From positions 1,120,001 to 1,184,000 of the forward strand of contig OY969622.1 in NCBI GenBank assembly GCA_963701665.1: a stretch of 64,000 nt of DNA, read 5' to 3'. Positions 10,109-20,726 of this stretch are shown piece by piece. Every line of letters starts with the position of its first letter. Position 1 is the stretch's first letter. The stretch comes from Candidatus Babeliales bacterium. Lineage in GTDB: Bacteria; Babelota; Babeliae; Babelales; JANWKD01. The notes under the pieces are model-generated. The model made no database searches and had not been told where the DNA came from. It saw only the letters and a program-made list of their open reading frames with translations. The translations under genes were made by a program, and so were the position numbers.

Positions 10109-12628
10109 ATGCTCTTAAATTATGTGAAACGAGGGGCTTACAATAGTTTTATTTATGGATTAAGTTCAGCAATCATTAAAATTACTAATTTTATTTTTTT
10201 CCCCTATTTTCTTTCCGTTCTCACATTAGAAGATTTTGGTATTTGGGACTTCTATCAAATGTTTTTTTCATTAGGCATAACCTGTATAACTTCTTGCACT
10301 GCTACTTCTTTAATACGATTTTATTTCTTACACAGAGATAATATCTTAAAGCAAAAGCAAGTTATAGGGAATGCTTGTTTAATATGCCTAATTAGCATGG
10401 CAGTTTTTTTAATTACAATCCTAGGATTATATTATTATAATATTGTTCCAATTATGAGTAATTATTTAACTATAACAATAACTAATGTCTGTCTTTTCGG
10501 GTTATTTACCATTGTTATTTCATATTTACGAATTAACGAAAAATTGTTTTTATATTTGTTTTTTTTTACTGGACAAAGTACGTTAACTCTTGCATTAACA
10601 TTATTAGGCATACATTATCACTATGGCATCGATGCTTTTTTTTTGGCAAATATGATATCACTTTTATTGTTTGTTCCTTTTTTTTTATACCTTCTTTCCC
10701 GAAACTTTTATTTCTCTCTTAGCCTTCTCAAAGAGCAATTTATATTTGGCCTACCTTTACTCTCATATGCTATCATCTATATGGGATTTTTTTATGTTGA
10801 CCGTTTATTTATCACAAATATTCTTGGTTTAGAATCTCTTGGTATTTATGCTTTATTATGGCGATTCGGTATTCTATTTCAATTCTTCTCAATCGCTCTA
10901 ATAGATGCATGGCCAATCGTAGTATTTAATGCTGATAAAGAAAAAAACAGACAAATGCTTCTTACCAAGCTAAATACGTATTATATAGCAACTTTAATTA
11001 CATTAGGATTATCTACAACTATCGCTTCACAGTGCTTAATAAAAATAATGATTCCTATTAAATATCTCTTTTTAACAGAATATTTGCCTCTGTTTTTTCT
11101 ATCTTTGGTATTATTAGATATTGCCAGATTATTACAAACCAGCTTTAACTTAACAAACAAAACATTTTATATACCAATTTTAGCCATCGTTACTTTATGC
11201 ATTCAATATTGTACCTTTTTTATCTGCCAATTTTTTACAACTCTTAATCTTTCAATAGTGTTACTTATTAATATATTTACCTTTTCTTCTTACATAGTTT
11301 TAAGTTATATGCTGACAAAAAAATTATCCAATAAAACAATTGATGATAAACGTACCATAACCATGGCGTGCTTTCTCTTTGTGTATATAATCCTCTTTCA
11401 TATACTTTTTAAGTATCATGCATCTTTATCCTATTCTTTCCTCATGCTTTTTTCTTGGCCACTGCTATTGTGGTTTTCAAATATAATTTCAAGCGATGAA
11501 AAAACCTGGCTTTTAAAAATCATTTCAACAAAATTTCAATATTTATTTGTCGCCTACAATCAAAAAGAAAATCCTGTAACTGAGTATGAATTACATACTT
11601 ATTCTAATAATCTAATAAATAAAAAAATCGCTATATTTGGACCATATCCCCCACCATTTGGTGGCATTAGTGTTCACATCAAAAGAGTCACTCATAAATT
11701 ACTAAATCAGGGTAATGAGGTAAAAAATTTTGACACAACTATTAGACCACGATTTCGAGTTAGCTATATATTTCAGATTATTAGATTTTTAATCACATTT
11801 AAGCCGTCAATAATCTTTTACCACACACCCTATACAAAAAACGGGTTAGAAGAATTTGCAACTATAGTCTTTATAAAATTATTATTTGGCTCAAAATTAA
11901 TACTTATAGAACACGATTCCCGATATTTAGATAAACAATCTTTTTTATTTAAAATAATTTTCAACAAACTTATAAAAATGATTAACCAACAAATTTTCAT
12001 TGGGAAATCCCCCTTAGAAAGTTATTTTAATAACAAAATTTTTATACATTCACAATCTGTTATAGAACCAGCGTTCTTGCCGCCTGACTTATCTCAAGAA
12101 CAGAACATTTTAAAAAGCTATCCAAAAGAGTTATTTCATTTTTTAGAACACCGTAGTCCTATTCTAACAGCGAATGCATTTCAACTAATTTTCCTTGATG
12201 ATAAGGATCTTTATGGATTTGATTGGTGTATTGAACTTGTAAGTCAATTGAAACCAAAATTTCCAGACATCGGCTTTGTTTTTGCACTCGCTCAAATAGG
12301 CAACAAAACATACTATGATCAACTTGTAAAAAAGATAGAAAATTTAAATATAAAAAATAATTTTTATATCTTAACCAATCAAAAAGAATATTGGCCTTTA
12401 TTAAAAAAAGTTGACATATTTGTCAGGCCAACGCTTGCCGATAATTTTGGCATTAGTGTTGCAGAAGCTCTATATTTTGGAAAAATTTCTATCGCAAGTA
12501 ATGTTTGTACAAGACCAAAAAATACAGTTTTATTTAAATGGGGCAATAAAGAAGATTTTTTTGAAAAAGTGAATGCTTGTTTAAATAATCACATACATAC
12601 AAATATATCAGAGCAAATGCATTTATAA
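10109..12628 (+). CDS. Wzx-like polysaccharide flippase fused to a C-terminal GT4 domain
   Basis: ~470 aa multi-TM region (LTLEDFG, FYVDR, LGIY) followed by GPYPPPFGGISVH and DIFVRPT..DNFGISVAEAL..G. Confidence 0.8.
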   Translation: MLLNYVKRGAYNSFIYGLSSAIIKITNFIFFPYFLSVLTLEDFGIWDFYQMFFSLGITCITSCTATSLIRFYFLHRDNILKQKQVIGNACLICLISMAVFLITILGLYYYNIVPIMSNYLTITITNVCLFGLFTIVISYLRINEKLFLYLFFFTGQSTLTLALTLLGIHYHYGIDAFFLANMISLLLFVPFFLYLLSRNFYFSLSLLKEQFIFGLPLLSYAIIYMGFFYVDRLFITNILGLESLGIYALLWRFGILFQFFSIALIDAWPIVVFNADKEKNRQMLLTKLNTYYIATLITLGLSTTIASQCLIKIMIPIKYLFLTEYLPLFFLSLVLLDIARLLQTSFNLTNKTFYIPILAIVTLCIQYCTFFICQFFTTLNLSIVLLINIFTFSSYIVLSYMLTKKLSNKTIDDKRTITMACFLFVYIILFHILFKYHASLSYSFLMLFSWPLLLWFSNIISSDEKTWLLKIISTKFQYLFVAYNQKENPVTEYELHTYSNNLINKKIAIFGPYPPPFGGISVHIKRVTHKLLNQGNEVKNFDTTIRPRFRVSYIFQIIRFLITFKPSIIFYHTPYTKNGLEEFATIVFIKLLFGSKLILIEHDSRYLDKQSFLFKIIFNKLIKMINQQIFIGKSPLESYFNNKIFIHSQSVIEPAFLPPDLSQEQNILKSYPKELFHFLEHRSPILTANAFQLIFLDDKDLYGFDWCIELVSQLKPKFPDIGFVFALAQIGNKTYYDQLVKKIENLNIKNNFYILTNQKEYWPLLKKVDIFVRPTLADNFGISVAEALYFGKISIASNVCTRPKNTVLFKWGNKEDFFEKVNACLNNHIHTNISEQMHL

Positions 12629-12666
12629 AAAACATAGAGGATTGTGTATTAAAAAAGGAACCTATT

Positions 12667-13344
12667 ATGAATCTAAAACAAACATTTCCTATTAATTACA
12701 TCATTAGTGCCTTTAATTACAGGAATAACACGCTTAAAGATAATTTTTCCAGTATATATTTAAAGAAAAAATGGGGCGGTATAGAAACATTATCCGGCCC
12801 GGGTTCAACGCTAGCCCAAACTGCTATTATTCGCAATGAGATCCCAAAAATCATAAAACAATTTAATATAACAAGTATCCTTGATGCCCCATGTGGTGAT
12901 TTCAATTGGGTGCAACATATGCAATTAGAAGAATGTAATTATATAGGATTAGATATTGTTCAAGAAATGATACATGATAATTCAAAAAAATTTGGGAATC
13001 AAAAAAGAAAATTTATCTGTGCAAATATTGTTGATAATGCCTTACCTTATGCAGATTTGATTTTATGTCGAGATGCTTTAGTGCATTTGAATTTGAAAGA
13101 AGCATTCGATGCCCTTAAAAATTTTCAAAATTCAGGATCACTTTACTTATTAATAACAACATTTCCAGCATGTGAAGTTAATCAAGAGACCTCTAATACC
13201 ATTTGGCGTCCCTTAAATTTACAAAAACCTCCATTTAATCTACCAGAACCATTAATGATCGTTAATGAAAACAATACTCATGATCCAGCTTATCCTGATA
13301 AATCTTTAGGCTTATGGAATTTAAAAGATATAAAATTTAATTAA
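12667..13344 (+). CDS. Class I SAM-dependent methyltransferase
   Basis: SGPGS, ILDAPCGDFNW, YIGLDIV, DLILCRD.LVH, WRPLNL..PPF. Confidence 0.85.
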   Translation: MNLKQTFPINYIISAFNYRNNTLKDNFSSIYLKKKWGGIETLSGPGSTLAQTAIIRNEIPKIIKQFNITSILDAPCGDFNWVQHMQLEECNYIGLDIVQEMIHDNSKKFGNQKRKFICANIVDNALPYADLILCRDALVHLNLKEAFDALKNFQNSGSLYLLITTFPACEVNQETSNTIWRPLNLQKPPFNLPEPLMIVNENNTHDPAYPDKSLGLWNLKDIKFN

Positions 13345-13417
13345 GAAACTTTAAAAGCGTTTTAACAAAACCCATAACTAAATACGGTACTTTTAATTAT
13401 TGATAAAGAAAGGCCAT

Positions 13418-14269
13418 ATGAATAGTGAAGCAAGCGTTAAAGAAATAACAAAATCCGTTTGGGGCGCAAGTCCCGCTGGTTCGACCCATGCAAAACATCA
13501 CAGCAAGGGTACAAAAGAATTTTTTGAATCAGTTCTTGATCGCAGATTTTCAGAAGAATGTAAATGGATGGATGATATCGTCAACTTCGCACAATTCAAC
13601 GATAAAAATGTTTTGGAAATAGGTTGCGGTGCAGGATACGATGCTTACCAGTTCTGCAAGCATGGGGCTCATTACACAGGTATTGATATAACACCAGAAA
13701 ATCCATTGCTCACTAAAAAACATCTCTCATACTATGGGTACACGCCGCGAACTTTTGAAATGGATGTTGAGCATCTCGATCTTGAAGAAAAATTCGATTT
13801 TATTTTCAGTTTCGGCGTTTTACATCATACGCCCAATATCAAAAAAGCACTTTGTACTATTCGCGCAAGCTTAAAAGATGATGGTCAGGCACAAATCATT
13901 GTATATAATAAATATTCGATCTTTTATGTATTCCATGTTGTTCTTTTTGATTGGATTTTGGGATTAAAATTTTTAAAAACGTCATTAAAAGATCGTCGAT
14001 CACTTATTGAATATACAACAAGTTCAGCAAAACCACTTGTCAACGTGTATGGCAAAAAAGAAATCCATGATTTATGCAAAGAAGCGGGGTTTAAAATTAT
14101 AAAAACTGATATTAGAAAATTGGAAAGAGCAGATTTTCCGAACATACGGTTGATAAGCAAACTTTATCGCTTCATTCCCGATGCCTGGCTTGATTTTTTG
14201 GGTACAAGATTCGGTTGGTATGTTTCAGTACTTTTAGTTAAGGATCATAATGAATCAAGAAAATCTTAA
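13418..14269 (+). CDS. Class I SAM-dependent methyltransferase
   Basis: VLEIGCGAG, GIDIT, FDFIFSFGVLHH; ATG at 13418 after AAGG. Confidence 0.88.
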   Translation: MNSEASVKEITKSVWGASPAGSTHAKHHSKGTKEFFESVLDRRFSEECKWMDDIVNFAQFNDKNVLEIGCGAGYDAYQFCKHGAHYTGIDITPENPLLTKKHLSYYGYTPRTFEMDVEHLDLEEKFDFIFSFGVLHHTPNIKKALCTIRASLKDDGQAQIIVYNKYSIFYVFHVVLFDWILGLKFLKTSLKDRRSLIEYTTSSAKPLVNVYGKKEIHDLCKEAGFKIIKTDIRKLERADFPNIRLISKLYRFIPDAWLDFLGTRFGWYVSVLLVKDHNESRKS

Positions 14270-15050
14270 ACAAGAAGTGTATAATTACTGGAATAAAGCA
14301 AGCTGCGGAACTGAATTTATTAAACGAGAAAAATTCACCAAAGAATATTTTGAGGAAATTGAACAATTCCGCTCTACGATCGAACCAGAAATTTTTTCTT
14401 TTGCGCAATTCACGCGTTTTCACGGGAAAAAAATTTTAGAAGTAGGCGTTGGCGCGGGCACCGATTTTCTGCAATGGGTTCGTGCAGGAACGCACGCGCA
14501 TGGCATTGATTTAACACACGAAGCTATTTTTAACGTTAAACACAGATTAGAACTTTATAATTTGCAAGCAGATGATTTACAAGTCGCCGACGCAGAAAAT
14601 TTACCCTATCAAGACAACTCTTTTGATCTTGTCTATTCGTGGGGTGTTATTCATCACTCGCCAGATACCGTAAAATGTTTAGAGGAAATGATTCGCGTGA
14701 CCAAGCCTAATGGCAGTATCAAAATCATGATTTATAACAGACGCTCGCTGTTCGCATTTTACCGTTACATATTGTGCGCGTTATTAAAAGGAAAGCCATT
14801 CCGCACCTTGAGTCATGTTCTTTTCTATGACCAAGAAAGTCTTGGCACTAAAGCGTATACTATCAAAGAAATGAAAAATATTTTAAGAAATTATTCTATA
14901 ACGGTTAATGAAATAAAAGCTTCTGTTACTCAACATGATTTATTGTATTATAAATCAAAGCCATTTCAATGGTTAGCATATAGTGCTGCTTGTCTTTTTG
15001 GTTGGCATAAAGCAGGCTTTTTTATAACAATTAATATAACCAAAAAATAA
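14250..15050 (+). CDS. Class I SAM-dependent methyltransferase, paralog of preceding gene
   Basis: ILEVGVGAGTD, DAENLPY.DNSFDLVYSWGVIHH. Confidence 0.9.
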   Translation: MNQENLKQEVYNYWNKASCGTEFIKREKFTKEYFEEIEQFRSTIEPEIFSFAQFTRFHGKKILEVGVGAGTDFLQWVRAGTHAHGIDLTHEAIFNVKHRLELYNLQADDLQVADAENLPYQDNSFDLVYSWGVIHHSPDTVKCLEEMIRVTKPNGSIKIMIYNRRSLFAFYRYILCALLKGKPFRTLSHVLFYDQESLGTKAYTIKEMKNILRNYSITVNEIKASVTQHDLLYYKSKPFQWLAYSAACLFGWHKAGFFITINITKK

Positions 15051-15053
15051 TAG

Positions 15054-15758
15054 TTATATTTTTGATTTCTTTATAACAGCAACATATAAGCCATTCCACC
15101 AATTATCTTTATCGCAATTGTATCGCGCAGGAAGGGCCTCTTCAAAAAGAATGGCGTAACCCAATGCTTTAAATGCATCTTGCGTGCCATTTCTTACTTG
15201 ATCCCAATTCCAATCATCAACGATTGCAATAAAAATATCTGCAAATATCTCATCGTAGTGGGTAAATGCTTTGTATTGCGATTCATATGAATGATGCCCA
15301 TCGTAAAAATATATATTAACTGGTTGACTAAAAATAGCAGTTAAATTAACACTAAATGAATCTCCTTCATACAATCTAAAGGAATCCTTATCTAAATATT
15401 GAATACAATTATTAAAAAATATGTTTTTTTGAAAGCCGAATTCCGACCAATTATCTATAGCTATCGCATCGAGTAGATTATTTTTATAAAGAGCAGAAAT
15501 AAACGTTGATCCTTTGTATACACCAATCTCAAGATAGCGAGAGTTAGGCAAAGAACATATATTATTCAATAAATGCCTTACTTTTGAACTTGAGAATCCA
15601 TTCAATTGAAGAATCATAGTTGTTAAATTCGATTTGCCTGCCTTTGCTTTTTTTATACTTCGTTTAACGTGTTTAACAAGTAATTCAGCATCATCTGCCT
15701 GCATACAAAAAGACAAAATACTACATACAAAAAATAATTTTTTTAAAAATAACTTCAT
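15054..15758 (-). CDS. Methyltransf_24-like SAM methyltransferase with signal peptide
   Basis: YLEIGVYKGST, IDNWSEF, YFYDGHH, IVDDWN; leader MKLFLKKLFFVCSILSFCMQA. Confidence 0.8.
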   Translation of the reverse strand: MKLFLKKLFFVCSILSFCMQADDAELLVKHVKRSIKKAKAGKSNLTTMILQLNGFSSSKVRHLLNNICSLPNSRYLEIGVYKGSTFISALYKNNLLDAIAIDNWSEFGFQKNIFFNNCIQYLDKDSFRLYEGDSFSVNLTAIFSQPVNIYFYDGHHSYESQYKAFTHYDEIFADIFIAIVDDWNWDQVRNGTQDAFKALGYAILFEEALPARYNCDKDNWWNGLYVAVIKKSKI

Positions 15759-15817
15759 TTTTCACCTTTTTTGTAGTTTATTTATCAAGAGTATGTTAAT
15801 ACAAAGCATACATTTTA

Positions 15818-17374
15818 TTAATGATGGGATTTTTGAATAACGGCAACGTATAATCCATCCCACCATTTTTCTAAATCGACATCATAATAAGCCGGCAAAC
15901 TCTTTTCATAAAGAATTTTATAGTTTAACTCACGCAATGCTTCTTTTGTCCCTTTCTGGACATCTATCAAATTCCAAGCATCAACAATAGCAATAAAGGT
16001 ATCTGCAAAAACCTTATCATAGTACACAAAAGCTTTTTTATGATCTTCTTTGGAATGATATCCATTATAAAAAAATATATTAATTGGGCGATTAAAATGT
16101 TCTTCTAAATGTAGGTTAAAAGCATCACAATAAATAACTCTATATTTATTGTGCGATAGAAATATATTAGCGTTTTCACCGAATTCATTTTTTCTATATT
16201 CAGACCAATTACCTATTGCAATTGCATCAGCTACATAATCATGGTTGCCATGTAAAGCAGAAATAAATGTTGATACTCTCAATACACCTGTTTCCAGATA
16301 TCGCACACCTACGATTTTACATAAATTATTCAAAAGACATCTTATTTCTGGGCTGGACATTCCGGGAAGAGCAAATATTTTTTTTGTTAGTCTTGATTTT
16401 TTTTTCTCAGCTTTATCAATACAATCCTGAACATGACATATCAAAAACTGCGGGTTTGTTAAAAATTCATTCTCAGGGCCTGTAACAAAAAATGGCAGTG
16501 ACATTTTATAATCTTTTATGAGATTAAGCCAATAAGGTAAAAATAATTTATCTTTATTATAGTGTTTATCTTGTATTTCTTGATATTTTTTTTCTAAAAA
16601 TTCTTCAGTAACTTCTTCCCAATTTTCGACAATAATAACTGGTAATCCTTCATATAAAGGATTCAATGTTGAAGAATGCACAACAGGAATTGACCCTACT
16701 AATAATGCTTCCCAAGTCCTGAAACAATCAAGCCCATAGCCAAATGGACTTAAAACAAACAAATATTCTGACATCTCCAAAAGATATTCTTTAAAAGGTT
16801 TTTGCGATGCAAGAAAAATAAATGGTTTATCTTTAAAGTGATTAAATACTTTTAAACGTTCTGGTATAACATCATGAACGGTAAAATTAATATACAATTT
16901 ATGATTTTTTTTATTGTGCGTAGGTTCACCAATAGAATCCAAAACAATATCCATCGTCCGTGTATCACCAAATGGAACATGAGGATTTGACATTCCAATC
17001 GGGAGTGGAAAAAATTTAGGGTGATAATTGATATCACAATTCTCACCGTACCATCTTAAAATTCTTGGATCATCAAGATATGAAAAAAACTCTCCGGGCG
17101 ATGGCCAATCGGCATTATGAGTAATTAAAATAAATGGTTCTATAATTTGAGGAAAAAGCTCATTGAAAAAAAAATTGGCTGAGACTCTATCAACAAATAT
17201 AACGCTCTTTGGCCAAAGACCTTTGGGATCAAAATTATATTGAAGATTCTCAACATAATAATAGGCAAAATTTTTAAATCCATTACCAGTTATATACTCT
17301 CTTGTACTATTAAATGCTTGTAAACAATAACAAAAAAATAAAAATAAACAAAATAAAGCTTTATGCAATTTCAT
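15818..17374 (-). CDS. Exostosin/GT47-like domain fused to a degenerate Methyltransf_24-like domain, signal peptide
   Basis: FVLSPFGYGLDCFRTWEALLVGSIPVV; MTase motifs altered (ETGVLRVS, YNGYH, VDAW); start could be 17374 or 17383. Confidence 0.7.
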   Translation of the reverse strand: MKLHKALFCLFLFFCYCLQAFNSTREYITGNGFKNFAYYYVENLQYNFDPKGLWPKSVIFVDRVSANFFFNELFPQIIEPFILITHNADWPSPGEFFSYLDDPRILRWYGENCDINYHPKFFPLPIGMSNPHVPFGDTRTMDIVLDSIGEPTHNKKNHKLYINFTVHDVIPERLKVFNHFKDKPFIFLASQKPFKEYLLEMSEYLFVLSPFGYGLDCFRTWEALLVGSIPVVHSSTLNPLYEGLPVIIVENWEEVTEEFLEKKYQEIQDKHYNKDKLFLPYWLNLIKDYKMSLPFFVTGPENEFLTNPQFLICHVQDCIDKAEKKKSRLTKKIFALPGMSSPEIRCLLNNLCKIVGVRYLETGVLRVSTFISALHGNHDYVADAIAIGNWSEYRKNEFGENANIFLSHNKYRVIYCDAFNLHLEEHFNRPINIFFYNGYHSKEDHKKAFVYYDKVFADTFIAIVDAWNLIDVQKGTKEALRELNYKILYEKSLPAYYDVDLEKWWDGLYVAVIQKSHH

Positions 17375-17399
17375 AATTTTCATCAATCTTTAAAAAAAG

Positions 17400-19034
17400 T
17401 TAATTATTATTTCTTGCCGGTTTCTTTATAACGGCAACATATAAACCATTCCACCAATTATCTTTATCGCCATTATACGGCGCAGGCAGTACTTCCTCAA
17501 AAAGAATAGTATAACCCAATTCTTTAAACGCATCTCGAGTGCCATTTCTTACTTGATCCCAATTCCAATCATCAACAATCGCGATAAAAGTATCTGCAAA
17601 GACCTTATCGTAATGAGTAAATGCTTTGTATTGCGCTTCATATGAATGGTTACCATCGTAAAAGTATATATTAACTGGTCTATAAAAAAGTTGATGCACA
17701 TTTATGGAAAATGCATTCTGATCTATGACTCTAAAAGCATTTCCCGATAAAAATTTATTCGTATATTGCTTAAAAACATCTTTTCCACCAAATTCAGACC
17801 AATTATCAATTGCAATTGGATCAATCAAATTGTTATTTTTATAAAGCCCAGCGATAAATGTAGAACCTTTATAAACGCCTATTTCAAGATATTGCGCACC
17901 TTCCAAAGAACACACGTTATTCAAAAAATGTCTCACTTTGGAACTAGACATACCATTTATAGATAAAACCTCTTTGGTTAGTTTTGATGTGTGTTCATTT
18001 GTTTTTGTAATACAATTTTTCACATGATATAGTAGGAATTGATCGTTAGTTAAAAAATCATAGTTAGTTTTTTCTAAAAATAACGGTAGAGAATCGTGAT
18101 ACAGATTTATATGTTCAATCCAATACTGCAAAAACAATTTTTCTCTGTTATATGGCAATCCCTTTATTTCTAAATATTTTTTTTCTAAAAAATCTTCCGT
18201 AACTTCACGCCAATCTTCAACTATAATTACTGGCAAATCTTTATAGAGATCATTTACTGTAGAGGAATGAACAACAGGAATTGACCCTACCAATAACGCT
18301 TCCCACGTTCTATAACAATCAAGCCCGCCACCAAAAGGGCTCAAAACAAACAAATATTGCGACATTTCCAACAAATATTTCTCAAATTGCTTGCGCTCAG
18401 CATTAAAAACGAAAGGCTTATTTATAAAGTGATTATATACTTGCGTTCGAGAAGGCACTGATTGACGTTTAGCGCGTATATCACTACTAAGCGAAAAATT
18501 CATGTATAATTTGTGTACCTTTTCTGTCCGGTCGAGTATATTCACACGTGCCAAAACAGCATCTAAGGTTTTAACATCATCAAAAACTGCACGCTTCAAA
18601 ATATCCATAGGGATATGAGAAAATTTAGGGTGCGTTATATCAAAATTCTGTTCATAACGATTTGGAATACCAATAGGAAGAGGAAAAAATTTAGGATGCC
18701 CTGTTATATCGGGATTTGCTCCGTACCATCTTAAAATACGCTTATCATCAAGATACTCAAAGAATTCGCCAGGAGAAGCTTGATCAGCATTGTGCGTCAC
18801 TAAGACGAAAGGCACCGTAATTTGAGGGAATATTATGTCGAAAAAGAATCGCAGAAATTTTCCATCAACATAAATAATACTTTTAGGTTCAATATTCTTT
18901 GGATCGAAGTTAATCCCGGATCTCAAAACTTGATATTTGGCATTTTTCTTAAAGCCATTACTTGTGATATATTCTCTTGAATCACCAAATAAATTTATAG
19001 ACCACAAGAGTAATAATAAATACTTCAATTTCAT
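17400..19034 (-). CDS. Exostosin/GT47-like + Methyltransf_24-like fusion, signal peptide
   Basis: SPFGGGLDCYRTWEAL..GSIPVV; YLEIGVYKGST, YDGNH, VDDWN intact. Confidence 0.75.
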   Translation of the reverse strand: MKLKYLLLLLWSINLFGDSREYITSNGFKKNAKYQVLRSGINFDPKNIEPKSIIYVDGKFLRFFFDIIFPQITVPFVLVTHNADQASPGEFFEYLDDKRILRWYGANPDITGHPKFFPLPIGIPNRYEQNFDITHPKFSHIPMDILKRAVFDDVKTLDAVLARVNILDRTEKVHKLYMNFSLSSDIRAKRQSVPSRTQVYNHFINKPFVFNAERKQFEKYLLEMSQYLFVLSPFGGGLDCYRTWEALLVGSIPVVHSSTVNDLYKDLPVIIVEDWREVTEDFLEKKYLEIKGLPYNREKLFLQYWIEHINLYHDSLPLFLEKTNYDFLTNDQFLLYHVKNCITKTNEHTSKLTKEVLSINGMSSSKVRHFLNNVCSLEGAQYLEIGVYKGSTFIAGLYKNNNLIDPIAIDNWSEFGGKDVFKQYTNKFLSGNAFRVIDQNAFSINVHQLFYRPVNIYFYDGNHSYEAQYKAFTHYDKVFADTFIAIVDDWNWDQVRNGTRDAFKELGYTILFEEVLPAPYNGDKDNWWNGLYVAVIKKPARNNN

Positions 19035-19115
19035 AAGGCTCCTGTACTATTTTTACATTTTACTGTTATTTATTAAAAATATATCTTCCCCGAATAAGAT
19101 AGCTCATACAATGAT

Positions 19116-20693
19116 TCATTTTGAACCTATCCTAGTTGGTTTTTTTATAACAGCAACATATAAACCATTCCACCAATTATCCCTATCACCATTGTATTGC
19201 GCTGGAAGAATCTCTTCAAAAAGAATAGTATAACCCAATGCTTTAAATACATCTTGAGTGCCATTTCTTACTTGATCCGAATTCCAATCACCAACAATCG
19301 CAATAAAAGTATCTGCAAAGACCTTATCGTAATGAGTAAATGCTTTGTAGTGCGCTTCATATGAATGATAACCATCGTAAAAGTATATATTAACTGGCCT
19401 ATAAAAAAGTTGATGCACATTTATAGAAAATGCATCCTGGTCTATAACTCTAAAAACATTTTCCAATAAAAATTCATTTGTATACAGCTCAAAGGCGTAT
19501 CTTCCACCAAATTCAGACCAATTATCAATTGCAATTGGATCGATCAAATTGTTATTTTTATAAAGCCCAGCGATAAATGTAGAACCTTTATAAACACCTA
19601 TTTCAAGATATTGCGCGCCTTCCAAAGAACACACATTATTCAAAAAATGTCTCACTTTGCAACTAGACATACCATCTATTGATAAAACCTCTTTGGTTAG
19701 TTTTGATTTCTGTTCATTTGCTTTTTTAATACAATTTTTCATATGATGTATTAGGAATTGATCTCTAGTTAAAAAATCATAGTTAGGTTTTTCTAAAAAT
19801 AAAGGTAGAGAATCGCGATACAGATTTATAGGTTCAATCCAATACTGCAAAAACAACTTTTCTCCGTTATATGGCAATTCCTTTATTTCTAAATATTTTT
19901 TTTCTAAAAAATCTTCCGTAACTTCACTCCAATCTTCAACTATAATCACTGGCAAATCTTTATAGAGCTCATTTAATGTAGAAGAATGCACAACAGGAAT
20001 TGACCCTACCAATAATGCTTCCCACGTTCTAAAACAATCAAGCCCTTTCCCAAAAGGGCTCAAAACAAATAAATATTGTGACATTTCCAATATATATTCC
20101 TTAAGTGGCTTGCGCACAGCATTAAATACGAAGGGCTTATTTATAAAGTGATTATATACTTGCGTTCGAGCAGATATTGATTGACGTTCAGCGCATACGT
20201 CAGTATTAAGCGAAAAATTCATGTATAATTTGTGTATTTTTTCTGTTCGATCGGGTATATCCACATTTGCCAAAACAGCATCTAAGATTTTAGTATCGGC
20301 ATACAAAACTACGCGCTTAGGAATACCGATAGGAAGAGGAAAAAATTTGGGGTGCCCTGTTATATCAGCATTCTCGCCGTACCATCTTAAAATACGCTTA
20401 TCATCAAGATATTTAAAGAATTTACCTGGAGAAGGAAAATCAGCATGATGCGTCACTAAGATGAAAGGCACTGTAATTTGAGGGAATATTGTATCGAAAA
20501 ATAATCGCAAAAAATTTCTATCAACATAAATAATACTTTTAGGTTCAATATTCTTTGGATCAAAGTCAATCCTAGATTTCACAACTTGATATTTGGCAAT
20601 GTTTTTAAAGCCTCTGCTTGTGATATATTCTCTTGAATCATCACCAAATAAATTTATAGACCACATGAGTAATAATAAGTACTTCAATTTCAT
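19116..20693 (-). CDS. Exostosin/GT47-like + Methyltransf_24-like fusion, signal peptide (close paralog of 17400..19034)
   Basis: Long stretches of near-identical DNA with the neighbour; SPFGKGLDCFRTWEAL; VGDWN instead of VDDWN. Confidence 0.75.
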   Translation of the reverse strand: MKLKYLLLLMWSINLFGDDSREYITSRGFKNIAKYQVVKSRIDFDPKNIEPKSIIYVDRNFLRLFFDTIFPQITVPFILVTHHADFPSPGKFFKYLDDKRILRWYGENADITGHPKFFPLPIGIPKRVVLYADTKILDAVLANVDIPDRTEKIHKLYMNFSLNTDVCAERQSISARTQVYNHFINKPFVFNAVRKPLKEYILEMSQYLFVLSPFGKGLDCFRTWEALLVGSIPVVHSSTLNELYKDLPVIIVEDWSEVTEDFLEKKYLEIKELPYNGEKLFLQYWIEPINLYRDSLPLFLEKPNYDFLTRDQFLIHHMKNCIKKANEQKSKLTKEVLSIDGMSSCKVRHFLNNVCSLEGAQYLEIGVYKGSTFIAGLYKNNNLIDPIAIDNWSEFGGRYAFELYTNEFLLENVFRVIDQDAFSINVHQLFYRPVNIYFYDGYHSYEAHYKAFTHYDKVFADTFIAIVGDWNSDQVRNGTQDVFKALGYTILFEEILPAQYNGDRDNWWNGLYVAVIKKPTRIGSK

Positions 20694-20726
20694 AATGCCC
20701 AACTACTCTTATATCTCGTACATTTA

